The notes below the pieces were generated by a model. That model saw only the letters and a program-made list of their open reading frames with translations, searched no databases and was not told the DNA's origin. A stretch of 64,000 nucleotides of DNA from the NCBI GenBank assembly GCA_038065275.1, contig JBBTRH010000002.1:34756-98755 (forward strand), given 5' to 3'. The position numbers and the translations under genes are program-made. Of this stretch, positions 17,935-29,357 are shown one piece after another; the first letter of the stretch is position 1, and each line of letters opens with the position of its first letter. The DNA comes from Patescibacteria group bacterium. GTDB lineage: Bacteria; Patescibacteriota; Patescibacteriia; SBBC01; CAIJZX01.

Positions 17935-18969
17935 ATGAAAAAAGCACTGATTACAGGAATTACGGGCCAGGATGGATCATATTTAGCCGAACTTCTTTTG
18001 GAAAAGGGCTACGAAGTCCATGGTATTGTTCGCCGATCATCGACGTTTAACACCGGTCGGCTTGATAACATATACCAGGACCCGCACGCACCTGATCGCC
18101 ACTTAATCCTCCATTACGGCGATTTGACGGACTCTTCAAACCTATTCCGAATTATTGAAAAAGCCAATCCCGATGAAATTTATAACCTCGGGGCGCAGAG
18201 CCACGTCCGAGTTAGTTTTGATATGCCGGAGTACACTGGCGATGCGGATGGCCTCGGCGTAACACGCTTGCTTGAAGCGATCCGCGAAACTCGCGTCAAG
18301 ACAAAGTTTTACCAGGCATCCTCCAGTGAAATGTTCGGAAAGGTTCGTGAAACTCCGCAAACAGAATTGACACCCTTTTACCCGCGCAGTCCGTATGGTG
18401 TAGCAAAGGTCTATGCCTATTGGATGACCGTCAACTTCCGCGAAAGTTACAATCTTTTTGCTTGCAACGGTATTTTGTTCAATCACGAATCTCCCCGCCG
18501 GGGCGAAACATTCGTGACCAGAAAAATTACCCAGGGCTTGTCGCGGATTAAAACTGGAAAACAAGATGTGCTCTACCTGGGTAACCTTGATGCCAAACGC
18601 GACTGGGGTTACGCCAAGGATTACGTGGAAGCGATGTGGCTGATGCTGCAACAACCTAAACCGGACGATTATGTTATCGCTACCGGCGAAACGCATTCAG
18701 TTCGCGAGTTTGTTGAAGAGGCTGGTCGGCATCTCGGTATGGATATCTTATGGCGAGGCGAAGGCATTAACGAAGAAGGTTTTGATAAAAAAACTGGAAA
18801 AACGATCATCAAAATTGATCCTAAATACTTCCGTCCGGCTGAGGTTGATCTGCTGATCGGCGATCCGGCGAAAGCAAAAAAGAAACTTGGCTGGACGCCG
18901 AAGATGACCTTTCAAGATTTGGTAAAATTGATGGTCGAGTCTGATTACCAAACTGAATTAAAAAAGTAG
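17935..18969 (+). CDS. gmd: GDP-mannose 4,6-dehydratase (copy 2)
   Basis: Canonical motifs [38 protein letters not shown]. Confidence 0.97.
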   Translation: MKKALITGITGQDGSYLAELLLEKGYEVHGIVRRSSTFNTGRLDNIYQDPHAPDRHLILHYGDLTDSSNLFRIIEKANPDEIYNLGAQSHVRVSFDMPEYTGDADGLGVTRLLEAIRETRVKTKFYQASSSEMFGKVRETPQTELTPFYPRSPYGVAKVYAYWMTVNFRESYNLFACNGILFNHESPRRGETFVTRKITQGLSRIKTGKQDVLYLGNLDAKRDWGYAKDYVEAMWLMLQQPKPDDYVIATGETHSVREFVEEAGRHLGMDILWRGEGINEEGFDKKTGKTIIKIDPKYFRPAEVDLLIGDPAKAKKKLGWTPKMTFQDLVKLMVESDYQTELKK

Positions 18970-18973
18970 CTGC

Positions 18974-19921
18974 ATGGAAAAGAATGCGAAAATTTATGTG
19001 GCCGGGCATCGTGGACTTGTCGGTTCGGCGTTAATTCGATACTTACAGGCGCAGGGTTATAGTAATTTGATCTGTCAGACAAGAGCAGAATTAGATTTGA
19101 TGGACTACTCAGCGGTTCAAAGATTTTTTAAAAAAGAAAAACCTGAATTCGTTTTTTTGGCCGCGGCTAAAGTCGGTGGGATTCATGCTAACAACACTCT
19201 CGGCGCGGATTTTATTTACGAAAACCTGACGATTCAAAATAACGTCATTAAATCTGCTCATGATTTTAAAACTAAGAAATTATTATTTTTGGGGAGCAGT
19301 TGCATTTATCCACGCGATTGTCCGCAACCAATAAAAGAAGAGTATTTTCTTGATGGTAAACCTGAACCCACGAACATTCCGTATGCGGCTGCGAAAATTG
19401 CTGGGATACTTATGTGCCAGGCATTCCACAAACAATACGGCGATAATTTCATCTCGGTCATGCCGACTAACCTTTATGGACCGAACGATAACTTTGATCT
19501 CGAAACATCGCATGTTTTTCCGGCTCTCATTCGTAAGTTCCACGAAGCGAAAGTTTCTCATTCACCCACGGTTACTGTTTGGGGTACGGGATCACCAAGA
19601 CGTGAATTTTTACATGTGGATGATTTAGCCGATGCCTGTATCCATTTGATGAAAACATACGACGACCCGTCAATCGTAAACATCGGAACTGGGGAGGATG
19701 TCAGCATCAAAGAATTTGCTGAAATAGTGAAAGAGGTTGTTGGTTACGTCGGTGAAATTGTATGGGATACGACCAAACCAGATGGAACGCCGAGAAAATT
19801 ACTTGATGTTTCGAAAATAAACTCTTTGGGATGGAGGGCGGAGATTCAACTTCGGAATGGCATAAACGAAACATATCAATGGTATCTCAACAACATTCAA
19901 CATGGCCGAGTATCAGGGTAA
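18974..19921 (+). CDS. fcl: GDP-L-fucose synthase
   Basis: [51 protein letters not shown]. Confidence 0.96.
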   Translation: MEKNAKIYVAGHRGLVGSALIRYLQAQGYSNLICQTRAELDLMDYSAVQRFFKKEKPEFVFLAAAKVGGIHANNTLGADFIYENLTIQNNVIKSAHDFKTKKLLFLGSSCIYPRDCPQPIKEEYFLDGKPEPTNIPYAAAKIAGILMCQAFHKQYGDNFISVMPTNLYGPNDNFDLETSHVFPALIRKFHEAKVSHSPTVTVWGTGSPRREFLHVDDLADACIHLMKTYDDPSIVNIGTGEDVSIKEFAEIVKEVVGYVGEIVWDTTKPDGTPRKLLDVSKINSLGWRAEIQLRNGINETYQWYLNNIQHGRVSG

Positions 19922-20738
19922 TACAATCGTAATCAAGCCAACAAAAGGATGGGTTTCCATTAACCTCCGTGAGTTATGGCGCTTTCGAGAATTGTTCTAT
20001 ATCTTTTCCTGGCGCGATTTTAAGGTTCGATATAAACAAACAATCATCGGGGTACTCTGGGCAATACTCCAGCCCTTCCTGATGATGGTGGTTTTTTCCA
20101 TTTTTTTTGGTCGTTTGGCCGGCATTTCAAGTAACGGGGTGCCCTATCCGATTTTTGTCTACTCAGGATTAATTTTTTGGAACTATTTTTCAACCGCGCT
20201 GATGGGTGCAAGCAATACACTAACGGACAACGAGAATATCGTAAAGAAAATCTACTTCCCTAGACTTTTACTTCCCTTTTCGGCGACCATTACCCCCCTG
20301 ATCGATTTCTTTTTTGCATTGTTGGTATTGGTGGGGATGATGGTGTACTACCATTCCGCTCCATCACTACTCACTGTTGTTCTATTGCCTCTGCTCCTGC
20401 TGTTGAGTTTTTTAGCAGCATCGGGGCTTGGATCGTTACTTTCGGCCATCAATGTTAGATTTCGGGACGTACGATATGCACTGCCTTTTCTAACACAGTT
20501 GTTATTCTTTGTAACACCAGTCATCTACCCTATTAGTATAGTACCCATTCAATACCATTGGGTGCTCAGTCTGAATCCGATGACAGGTATTATTAATACT
20601 GCTCGGGCGGTATTCTTACACCAAAGCACCATACCGTACACTGAACTTATCTACTCAACGCTGGTCATTATTGTACTCTTTATACATGGCCTATTCTACT
20701 TCCGCCGCACGGAAAAGATATTCGCGGATGTCGCCTGA
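19902..20738 (+). CDS. wzm: Polysaccharide ABC transporter permease
   Basis: [32 protein letters not shown]. Confidence 0.93.
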   Translation: MAEYQGNTIVIKPTKGWVSINLRELWRFRELFYIFSWRDFKVRYKQTIIGVLWAILQPFLMMVVFSIFFGRLAGISSNGVPYPIFVYSGLIFWNYFSTALMGASNTLTDNENIVKKIYFPRLLLPFSATITPLIDFFFALLVLVGMMVYYHSAPSLLTVVLLPLLLLLSFLAASGLGSLLSAINVRFRDVRYALPFLTQLLFFVTPVIYPISIVPIQYHWVLSLNPMTGIINTARAVFLHQSTIPYTELIYSTLVIIVLFIHGLFYFRRTEKIFADVA

Positions 20739-20740
20739 TT

Positions 20741-21991
20741 ATGGAGCAAGCCATAATCTCAGCCCAAAATCTGTCGAAAGCGTACCGAATATCGCATCGC
20801 GCGTCATACGGAACATTACGTGATTCAATCTCTCAACTAGCAAAGAGACTACTCACCAAGACAGATCAACACGACACCGTTGAAGAGTACTGGGCATTAC
20901 GCGACATCAACTTTGATGTCCAGACCGGAGAATGCATCGGCATTATCGGGAAAAATGGGGCCGGCAAGAGCACACTACTCAAGATACTGTCACAAATCAC
21001 CTCGCCAACATCTGGCCAAGTGACCATCAACGGTCGGGTCGCGAGCTTGTTAGAGGTGGGAACTGGTTTTCACTCGGAACTCACAGGACGAGAAAATATT
21101 TTTTTGAACGGAGCGATTCTAGGTATGAAGCAGTCGGAGATTCGCAAGAAATTCGATGAAATTGTCGCCTTCGCAGAAGTTGAAAAGTTTCTTGATACGC
21201 CCGTCAAGCGCTATTCCAGTGGTATGTATGTACGTTTGGCTTTCGCCGTCGCTGCCCACCTCGAGCCGGAGATCCTTATTGTCGACGAGGTTTTGGCTGT
21301 TGGTGATGCGGAATTTCAAAAGAAGAGTTTGGGGAAAATGCGTGAGGTTAGTGAGCGGTCCGGTCGAACTGTCATTTTTGTTAGTCACAATATGGCCGCC
21401 ATACGGAAATTGTGCCAACGTGTATTGCTCCTAGATAAAGGACGAATCATCGCTTCAGGAAAAACCGATGCTATCATCACCCAGTATCTGCGACCTCAGC
21501 AAGAGTATCAATCTGAATCCTTATTTAATGACGACGCGCATGACGTTCAATTTCGCAGAGTTGCCACATTAAACATACATAATCAACCCGTTAGAGAATT
21601 CTCCTTCGGTGACAAGATTCTATTGCAAATAAATTTTGATGTAAAAAAGAAAATATTCTCGACTCTCATTATCGGTTTTGAAATATATAATGACGAAGGA
21701 TTGTGTATTTTTACCTCCACCAACGCTGATCAAAGTGGTGTACCAAAAAAAATTGGGGTTGGCAAGTTCCAGGCCAATATTTACATAGACACGCAACAGT
21801 TGCTCCGACCAGGAAATTTCACCCTAAACTTCCATGCGATCGTCCCAAATATCTGTATTATTGAAAATATTGAAGGAGAAATCGGCTTTTCAGTAATGGA
21901 TAGCAACGAGAACATTACCTCCAAACTTGGGTATATCAGACGAGGTGTTCTTGAACCAGTACTGCCCTGGAATATTCAGAAACTCTCCTAA
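20741..21991 (+). CDS. wzt: Polysaccharide ABC transporter ATPase with C-terminal carbohydrate-binding domain
   Basis: GKNGAGKST, YSSGMYVRLAF, DEVLAVGD; long C-terminal extension. Confidence 0.93.
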   Translation: MEQAIISAQNLSKAYRISHRASYGTLRDSISQLAKRLLTKTDQHDTVEEYWALRDINFDVQTGECIGIIGKNGAGKSTLLKILSQITSPTSGQVTINGRVASLLEVGTGFHSELTGRENIFLNGAILGMKQSEIRKKFDEIVAFAEVEKFLDTPVKRYSSGMYVRLAFAVAAHLEPEILIVDEVLAVGDAEFQKKSLGKMREVSERSGRTVIFVSHNMAAIRKLCQRVLLLDKGRIIASGKTDAIITQYLRPQQEYQSESLFNDDAHDVQFRRVATLNIHNQPVREFSFGDKILLQINFDVKKKIFSTLIIGFEIYNDEGLCIFTSTNADQSGVPKKIGVGKFQANIYIDTQQLLRPGNFTLNFHAIVPNICIIENIEGEIGFSVMDSNENITSKLGYIRRGVLEPVLPWNIQKLS

Positions 21992-21994
21992 ACC

Positions 21995-23152
21995 ATGTTG
22001 GGCCTTCATTGGAAAACGCAACAGTCGTCAACAGCTACGACGATATCTCCCTCAAAAGACACAAGAATTGTGGGTCGAGTACTTGTTAGTTACCTTACCG
22101 AACCAGTTGAATGGCAGGATGCGGACCCACGTTTTCTCGGACACAGTAACCTATGGGAATCACGATCAATCATCCAGCAATTTCTTTCCTTGGGCTATGT
22201 GGTCGATACTATCAACTATACCGATACCGCCTTCCTACCGACTGAGCACTATGACACTGTCTTTGACATCTACACCAACCTCCAGCGGCTTGCTCCACAT
22301 CTGCCAACAACGACCATCAAGTTATTACACCTCACCGGAAGTTACGCGCCGTTTCAGAATCAGGCTGAACTCGGACGTGTACGTGAACTTGAGGAACGCC
22401 GAAAGTCCCACTATTCACCGAAACGTCTGGTTCGAGATGTTGAACTATTTGAGCGTTCACTCCAATTGGCTGACGCTTGTAGTTTGATTGGTAATGAGGT
22501 CACTCTTCGTACTTTCCCCGAAAACTACCGCCAGAAAATATCGCTGGTTACCGTCTCGGCAACAGCCCTCCCAACGACCAAGAACGATACAATGTTCGTT
22601 CCGAATCCGCGGGAATTCTTATGGTTTTTTGGTGGCGGGATGGTTCATAAGGGATTAGACTTGGTGCTCGAATCCTTCGCCCAGTACCCGAACGCGACAC
22701 TGCATATCATCGGCAACGTTGAAGTGGAAAAAGATTTTATCTCGATCTACCGCCATGAGTTGTTTGATACACCCAACATCCACTACCATGGATATATCCT
22801 ACCGCATACGGCTCAGTTCCGTGAAATTGCGAATCGGTGTGTAGCATTTTTGGCACCGAGTTGTAGTGAGTCGATCTCAACCGCCGCCGCGACGGTCATG
22901 CAATATGGTCTCTACCCATTGGTCAGCCGGGCCACCGGCATCACCTTACCGCCAAACAGCGGCATCTACCTCGAACACTGTTCCATCCCTGAAATCCGAC
23001 GTTGTATCCAGCAGGTTCAAGAGATGGAAGTTGAAGTTTTACGACAGCAAATACGTCGCACCCAACGGTTCGCCCTGGACCATTACTCACGGGACAACTT
23101 TACAATCAACATGCATACATATTTATCGACCCTTTTACCAAAACCCGCATGA
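21995..23152 (+). CDS. Glycosyltransferase, GT4-like (GT-B)
   Basis: HKGLDLVLE, PSCSES motifs. Confidence 0.75.
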   Translation: MLGLHWKTQQSSTATTISPSKDTRIVGRVLVSYLTEPVEWQDADPRFLGHSNLWESRSIIQQFLSLGYVVDTINYTDTAFLPTEHYDTVFDIYTNLQRLAPHLPTTTIKLLHLTGSYAPFQNQAELGRVRELEERRKSHYSPKRLVRDVELFERSLQLADACSLIGNEVTLRTFPENYRQKISLVTVSATALPTTKNDTMFVPNPREFLWFFGGGMVHKGLDLVLESFAQYPNATLHIIGNVEVEKDFISIYRHELFDTPNIHYHGYILPHTAQFREIANRCVAFLAPSCSESISTAAATVMQYGLYPLVSRATGITLPPNSGIYLEHCSIPEIRRCIQQVQEMEVEVLRQQIRRTQRFALDHYSRDNFTINMHTYLSTLLPKPA

Positions 23153-24000
23153 GCAAGCCCAGTACCGAGTTTGGCTGGAAAGAAGAGGATTTCCAACTGT
23201 TGTTGGATACGTGCAAGTATGATGAAGAGGTCCAGATTGCGAAACGACACATCGAACTGCACGGCGGACAGGAGCAAAACATTCTTGAATTAGGTGCTGG
23301 TCTTGGTCGGATTGTGAAATATTTCAAGGATGAAGGGTATCAGAATATTCATGGTATTGAATTAAACGGAACGGCCGTGAAATATCTGAATGAAAAATAT
23401 CCCGAATTGGATGTTATCCAGGGAGATGTTCTTTCACTGCCCTATCCACCAGCCAGCTTTGATGTCGTACTCAGCTACGGGCTAGTCGAACACTTCATCC
23501 CTGGACTAGCCACACCGCTGAAAGCACATTTCGATGCTTTGAAACCAGGCAGCATCGCCGTCATCACCGTACCAAGTATGAATTTCATGCGAAGATTTGT
23601 TAATCGTTGCGGTAAAATATCGACAATTATTGACCCCCGAAAGAACGTTCTCGTTCGTAAGCTACTCAAGAAACCTGATTTCGCAAAAAGAAATGCGGGT
23701 GGTAAATTTCAGTACTATGTCCACCCACCATACGGAGATTTCTTTGAGTATCGACTCACTCCGAGAGAATATGAAACCGCCTGCAAAACCGCCGGGTTTA
23801 CTATTCTCGAGAGCACCCCGATCATGCATCCTGATGGTCTCTATCACTTGATTGGCTCAAGGTTGGGTATTATTCGTCACGAGAATCACCGATTCGTTGT
23901 CTCCTTACTCGGTAAAATCATAATCGCCACCTCAAAAAGAATAAGGTTTTTCAACAACCACATGCACCTCGTCGTCGTTCAAAAACCATTCACGTCATGA
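23149..24000 (+). CDS. Class I SAM-dependent methyltransferase
   Basis: ILELGAGLG, GDVLSLPY..SFDVV, EHF, LKPG. Confidence 0.88.
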   Translation: MSKPSTEFGWKEEDFQLLLDTCKYDEEVQIAKRHIELHGGQEQNILELGAGLGRIVKYFKDEGYQNIHGIELNGTAVKYLNEKYPELDVIQGDVLSLPYPPASFDVVLSYGLVEHFIPGLATPLKAHFDALKPGSIAVITVPSMNFMRRFVNRCGKISTIIDPRKNVLVRKLLKKPDFAKRNAGGKFQYYVHPPYGDFFEYRLTPREYETACKTAGFTILESTPIMHPDGLYHLIGSRLGIIRHENHRFVVSLLGKIIIATSKRIRFFNNHMHLVVVQKPFTS

Positions 24001-25001
24001 ACCGAACCATGCGCAAAAGCATCGTCATCACATCTATCTTCCCGCCGTCACAGGCGGTTAAGGCGTTTGCAAGACAGGATGGTTGGAATCTGATCGTTGT
24101 CGGTGATAGGAAGAGTCCACACGATTGGCAGTGGAAGAATGTTACTTACCTTTCCCCAACTCGACAGACACAACTTGGCTATCGCCTGACCAAGCGGTTG
24201 CCCTGGAACCATTATGGCCGAAAGATGATTGGTTACCTCTACGCCATGGAGCACGGAGCTGAGATCATCGCCGACAGCGATGATGACAATGTGCCGAATT
24301 CGAACTGGGCATTACCGAAGTTCGCCGGACCATTCCCCACCATCAAACATGAAGGTTTTACGAACGTGTATTCATATTTCGGCGGCCAACATATCTGGCC
24401 ACGTGGATACCCACTGAATCAAATTCTTGAGCGCCGTGTACCTCATAGCATTGGGACTCGCCACCATAAAGTCGGTATTTGGCAGTATTTGGCTGATGGT
24501 GATCCCGATGTTGATGCTATCTATCGCCTGACCAGTAACCGACCATTCTTCTTCCGTTCGAAGAAACCGATTGTTTTAACCCCCGGAACGATCTGTCCGA
24601 TTAACTCCCAGAATACCTTCTTCACGGCTGCTACTTTCCCCTTATTGTACTTGCCCGCCTTTGTCACCTTCAGGTTTACCGACATCCTCCGCGGGCTTGT
24701 TGCCCAACCACTGTTGTGGTCACAGGGTTTGCGGGCCGGTTTCGGGCCAGCCAGTGTGACCCAGGAACGAAATCCGCATGACTACCTGAAGGATTTTATT
24801 TCTGAGATTCCGATATACCAGCATACCGAGGAAGTTATTGAGCTGACGAAACAGGCAACGACGCGAAAAGGCACGTTACACCAGAATCTCCTGCGAGTGT
24901 ACCAATTATTGAACGCTAACGGGATTGTCAGTACCGACGAACTGGTGCTACTCAAACTCTGGCTGGCAGACGTGGCTCATTTGCAACGATCGGTACGATG
25001 A
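23997..25001 (+). CDS. STELLO-like (DUF288) glycosyltransferase
   Basis: VVGDRKSP, LPWNHYGRKMIGYLYA, DSDDDN, WPRGYP, DPDVDAIYRL, NSQNT, RFTDILRG. Confidence 0.8.
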   Translation: MNRTMRKSIVITSIFPPSQAVKAFARQDGWNLIVVGDRKSPHDWQWKNVTYLSPTRQTQLGYRLTKRLPWNHYGRKMIGYLYAMEHGAEIIADSDDDNVPNSNWALPKFAGPFPTIKHEGFTNVYSYFGGQHIWPRGYPLNQILERRVPHSIGTRHHKVGIWQYLADGDPDVDAIYRLTSNRPFFFRSKKPIVLTPGTICPINSQNTFFTAATFPLLYLPAFVTFRFTDILRGLVAQPLLWSQGLRAGFGPASVTQERNPHDYLKDFISEIPIYQHTEEVIELTKQATTRKGTLHQNLLRVYQLLNANGIVSTDELVLLKLWLADVAHLQRSVR

Positions 25002-26236
25002 ATATTGGGATGATGGTCAATAATCTCGCCACCAGCGGCGGATACCAGAAACTGGTCATCCGCTTGACTCAGGAACTCCAGCGTCGCGGTCATCTGGTGA
25101 CAATCTATACTCCCCTATTTGACCCAGTTGCTTGTTTCCCAGAAATGATTGGGGATTGTACCGTCGTTACTATGTCTGTTGAATCCACTCAACTAAATAA
25201 TCATCTGGGCCTGCTAGCACGGATATCGAGGATGCTAGCCGAACCGTTATCTGAAGCCCGACGGTATTCCCAATTGGCCAAACTCGTCTCGCCTGAGACT
25301 GACCACCTGATCATCCACGATGATTATTCTTTGTATGCGTTACCCTGGGTCCCACAATTGCGTCATCAAGGGAAAGTGCTGTGGATGCTGAACAACCAGC
25401 TACCAGACGAGTATCAATCGCTCTCCCACTATTTGCGCGCCAGGTTTGCGGGAACCGGTTTCCACCTCCTGCCCATGATGTTTAAACTGCTGCAGCTACC
25501 AAACTTTATTCGAGCATACCGCCTGATCATGAAAGGAGTAGCACGTGTTTCTGTTTTCGCCACCTACGACAACTTCAATAAGGGTCTGGTTCGTACGATT
25601 CTCCATCGCGATGCCACGAATGTGAGTGCCGGGGCTGACACCATCGAGTTTGAACGATTGTACACTTCACGACACGCACCGCGTGCCGATGCTTTCCGAT
25701 TGCTATCGGTCGGGGTCATCTTCCCACATCGCCGGTATGAGGATATCCTCCGGGCTACAGCGCTATTGAATGATTCCGGATTTTCCATCCAGACCACCAT
25801 TGTCGGTTCGGCAAAACATGCGCCCGAACACGTCCGTCACCTCAAGCTCTTAACGCAAGAATTGGGTATCGAGCAGCGAGTCCGGTTTCTCCAATACATC
25901 CCCACGAACGAACTCCATGAACTCTACCGCCAAGCAGATGCATTCGTATTCGTCAACGATGGTTTTACCTGGGGCATTTCTGTGTTCGAAGCCATTGCTG
26001 CCGGTGTCCCCGTGATTATCACCAACAACATCGGTGCTGCCGATTTGGTACAGAACAGGAAACACGGTTGGGTCGTACGCCCACGATCACCGGTCGAGAT
26101 TGCTGAAGCCATCCGCGATATCCACTCGGGTCAGCATTTGTCTGCTATCATCGAAGCAGGCCGAAGGGAAATACTGTCATCCGTCTCTTGGTCGGCATAT
26201 ACTGACCGACTACTGGTTTGTCTCAATCCAGCATGA
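24998..26236 (+). CDS. Glycosyltransferase family 4
   Basis: SGGYQK N-terminus, WGISVFEAIAAGVPVI. Confidence 0.85.
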   Translation: MNIGMMVNNLATSGGYQKLVIRLTQELQRRGHLVTIYTPLFDPVACFPEMIGDCTVVTMSVESTQLNNHLGLLARISRMLAEPLSEARRYSQLAKLVSPETDHLIIHDDYSLYALPWVPQLRHQGKVLWMLNNQLPDEYQSLSHYLRARFAGTGFHLLPMMFKLLQLPNFIRAYRLIMKGVARVSVFATYDNFNKGLVRTILHRDATNVSAGADTIEFERLYTSRHAPRADAFRLLSVGVIFPHRRYEDILRATALLNDSGFSIQTTIVGSAKHAPEHVRHLKLLTQELGIEQRVRFLQYIPTNELHELYRQADAFVFVNDGFTWGISVFEAIAAGVPVIITNNIGAADLVQNRKHGWVVRPRSPVEIAEAIRDIHSGQHLSAIIEAGRREILSSVSWSAYTDRLLVCLNPA

Positions 26237-27126
26237 ACCAGTCATCGCTCAACACACCATCAGCCGGTCAACCGAAGGTATCGGTCGTTATCGGTTCGTA
26301 CAACCGTTTGAACTTCCTCCGTTTGACGATCGACAGTGTCCGACGTGAATTGTCCGGTCATCCTCACGAGATTATTGTCGTCGACGGCGGATCGACCGAC
26401 CGAACTCTACCGTGGTTGATGAAGCAAAAAGACATCATCACGATTGTGCAACATAACCGCGGAACCTGGAACAAACATCCTATCCGTCGCCGATCGTGGG
26501 GATATTTTATGAACTTAGGTTTTAAGGCCGCCGAGGGAAAATATACATGCATGCTAAGTGATGATTGTCTTGTTGTTCCTGGTGCTATCATCAACGGGGT
26601 CAAGCATTTCGAACAACTCTTGGTCGCTGGACAACCGATCGGCGCGCTAGCGTTCTACTGGCGAAACTGGCCTGAGCAACAAAAATACTGGGTTGGATAC
26701 ACGCTCGGAGGTAAAATGTTCGTCAACCACGGGCTGTACCTACGCGATGCCATTCAACGAGTCGGGTTTATTGATGAACAGTATACGTTCTATCATGCTG
26801 ATGGCGATCTGTGCTTAAAACTTTGGCAAGCCGGATATGTTTGTGTTGATTCCCCAAGATCCTTCATCGAGCATTACTCCCACGCCAATAGTCAGGTTCG
26901 TGCCAGCAACAATGAAAAGCAACGTCAAGATTGGTCGGACTACATTACAAAATGGTCCGGTGTCTATTGGGTCCCGTCATCCCCCAACGAGGGTGGTTGG
27001 ATTGAGAAAGACTTCACCGATGTAACGCACACGGCTGATCGGCTACGAAGTCTTCATATGAAGAACACTTTCCACCAGCGATTAATAACTTTATCACTTC
27101 GACTATTTCATAACCGTAATTCATAA
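26233..27126 (+). CDS. Glycosyltransferase family 2
   Basis: VSVVIGSYN, VVDGGSTD, LSDD, DGDL. Confidence 0.88.
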   Translation: MNQSSLNTPSAGQPKVSVVIGSYNRLNFLRLTIDSVRRELSGHPHEIIVVDGGSTDRTLPWLMKQKDIITIVQHNRGTWNKHPIRRRSWGYFMNLGFKAAEGKYTCMLSDDCLVVPGAIINGVKHFEQLLVAGQPIGALAFYWRNWPEQQKYWVGYTLGGKMFVNHGLYLRDAIQRVGFIDEQYTFYHADGDLCLKLWQAGYVCVDSPRSFIEHYSHANSQVRASNNEKQRQDWSDYITKWSGVYWVPSSPNEGGWIEKDFTDVTHTADRLRSLHMKNTFHQRLITLSLRLFHNRNS

Positions 27127-27154
27127 TCTTAATTCATCACGTCTCGCGATCCTT

Positions 27155-28003
27155 ATGCCGAAAGTATCTATTATCACCCCGACATACAACGCCGCCGAAT
27201 TCATTGGAGCAACCATCGAGAGTGTTATTTCGCAAACGTTCACTGACTGGGAGCTTATTATCGTCGATGATGGCTCAACTGATGCCACCGTTACCGTCGC
27301 CCAACAGTATGCCCGCCAACACCAAGACCGTATCCAGGTCCATTCACACACCCATACCGGCTTGCCATCAGTCACCCGTAATGCGGCCATCTACGTAGCT
27401 CAGGGCGAATTGTTAGCTTTCCTCGATGGTGACGATGTCTGGGAAAAGAACAAGTTATCACATGCGGTGCAACTTTTTTCGCAAGATTCTGGTCTGGCGA
27501 TGATAGCAACTGGGGCGACAATCATCGGCATCGGATCGCATTACCCCATGCCTCGACCAGCCGGCCGTGTCCAATTCCGATCGTTGACTCACAATAACTG
27601 CATCATCACCTCGACCGTCGTGGTACGACGTTCGGTCATCAATCGGGTAGGGATTCAGAACACCGATCCAAAACTTTTCGGATACGAAGATTACGAATTA
27701 TGGCTCCGTCTCTCCAGTCGGGCGAACGTGCAATTAGTCGATCAGACTTTAACCCGTTACCGTCAGAACCCCCAGGGCATCTCACTAACTATTGGAAAAG
27801 GTGCTACTGATTTACAGGCAAAAAAATACATGTTCCAGCAGCTCCTCAAGACTAACTTAAACGTCTTCCAAAACCTGTATATACGTCTCGTAATTAACCG
27901 AATCAATCGGCAGATCGCAACAATGAGTTCAGGCGAAGCTCCAACCTCCAATGAACGTCCCGCGCCCCCCCCACTACCGAAATACCACCTTGGCTGCGGT
28001 TAA
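27155..28003 (+). CDS. Glycosyltransferase family 2; tail carries the start of a methyltransferase domain
   Basis: VSIITPTYN, DDGSTD, FLDGDD, EDYELWLR; ends in KYHLGCG. Confidence 0.85.
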   Translation: MPKVSIITPTYNAAEFIGATIESVISQTFTDWELIIVDDGSTDATVTVAQQYARQHQDRIQVHSHTHTGLPSVTRNAAIYVAQGELLAFLDGDDVWEKNKLSHAVQLFSQDSGLAMIATGATIIGIGSHYPMPRPAGRVQFRSLTHNNCIITSTVVVRRSVINRVGIQNTDPKLFGYEDYELWLRLSSRANVQLVDQTLTRYRQNPQGISLTIGKGATDLQAKKYMFQQLLKTNLNVFQNLYIRLVINRINRQIATMSSGEAPTSNERPAPPPLPKYHLGCG

Positions 28004-28627
28004 GTGTACCTTCCTGGATATATCAACGTCGATTATCCAAATGACAGCCATACGTTACAAATGGACTCAAAAAAAGTCGATCTCTACCAGGACATTACGA
28101 CGATCGACTATCCGGCCGGCGAGGTTGACGAAATACGACTCCACCATGTCTTTGAACACTTTACTTATTCGGGCACATTGAACCTCCTCCAACAGTGGCA
28201 TCGGGCCCTACGCCTCGGTGGCAAACTGACTATCGAAACACCGGACATTAAAGCATGCAGTCAGACCATATTCAACTCGTCGGCCCCCTTTGACGTCCGG
28301 CAACGGGTGATGCGTCATGTGTATGGATCACACGAAGTATATTGGGCTAATCACTATGATGGGTGGTACGAAGATAAATACCGCCGAATTCTGCCCCGTT
28401 TTGGATTCCGCGTCACCTCGATCGATAAAACGGAGTATCGTCGTTTGAGCAACATCATCGTTCATGCGGTGCGAGTAAAATTGTTGACCAAAGTTGAATT
28501 GTTAGCAGCAATAACGCAAACACTTCAGGACTATATGGTTGACCATTCTGCAACTGAGGAGAAGCTATTCGGTATCTGGATGAAAGAGATCGACCTGAAA
28601 CCTGTCGTACCAACGCGGCAAAGTTGA
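28004..28627 (+). pseudogene. Methyltransferase domain cut off from its motif I by an in-frame TAA at 28001-28003
   Basis: Continuous frame reads KYHLGCG*VYLPGYINVD...HHVFEHF...WHRALRLGG.L.IETPD. Confidence 0.7.
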
Positions 28628-28645
28628 TAATTTGACCAAGAGTCA

Positions 28646-29344
28646 ATGAACTTATTTTCACTGAATAGATTTCGTTCCGGCGTCAAATCACCAGCGATAT
28701 ATTATCCTGGTGGAAATTTCGAGGTAAATAACTGGACGTTGTCAACCTTCGTCGTCAAGAAACTTGTACCTATTGTTGGTACGCACCCATTCCCGGTGTC
28801 TGAACTCCTCTTGTTGGCCGGTGCGTTCTGTTGGACTGCCCCGACACACGTTTTTGATTGGGGGACACATATTGGTAAATCGGCTAGGATCTTTTATGAA
28901 ACCGGTCGTTATTTCCGAATACGATCTGAATTCCACTCAATTGATTTACCGAACCAGTCTGACCACCAAGAACATCCTGGTAAGCAGCGAGGTAGCTTAG
29001 TACGACACCTACCCTCGGTACACCTCCACACAGGTGATGGTGTGACGACAGCGCTATCTATTCTCAAACAATCGAAATTAGTATCCACCAGGCCATTATT
29101 CTTCCTTGATGGCGATCATAATTATGAAACCGTATATCGAGAGTTAACAAACATTTTATCCACCTACCCTCAGGCGCATTTGCTCGTCCACGATACTTTT
29201 GATCAAGCCAGTTCATCGGGCTACAATACTGGCCCACATAGAGCTGTCGTTGAACTCCTCCGACAACAACCCGAAGGCCATACGACGTTATCGGTCTCAA
29301 CGGGGCTACCCGGCATGACATTTCTTTACCCACGCCGACAATGA
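28646..29344 (+). CDS. Class I methyltransferase (Methyltransf_24-like)
   Basis: DWGTHIGKSA, HSID, FFLDGDHNYE, VHDT. Confidence 0.78.
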   Translation: MNLFSLNRFRSGVKSPAIYYPGGNFEVNNWTLSTFVVKKLVPIVGTHPFPVSELLLLAGAFCWTAPTHVFDWGTHIGKSARIFYETGRYFRIRSEFHSIDLPNQSDHQEHPGKQRGSLVRHLPSVHLHTGDGVTTALSILKQSKLVSTRPLFFLDGDHNYETVYRELTNILSTYPQAHLLVHDTFDQASSSGYNTGPHRAVVELLRQQPEGHTTLSVSTGLPGMTFLYPRRQ

Positions 29345-29357
29345 CAGTAGCGGGCAC

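Noticed and set aside
28001-28003. Stop-codon reassignment (TAA, or TGA as in code 25)
   Set aside because: TAA, TAG and TGA all terminate full-length conserved genes here (gmd1, rpmA, pyrG), with several ATGA overlaps; the case is isolated
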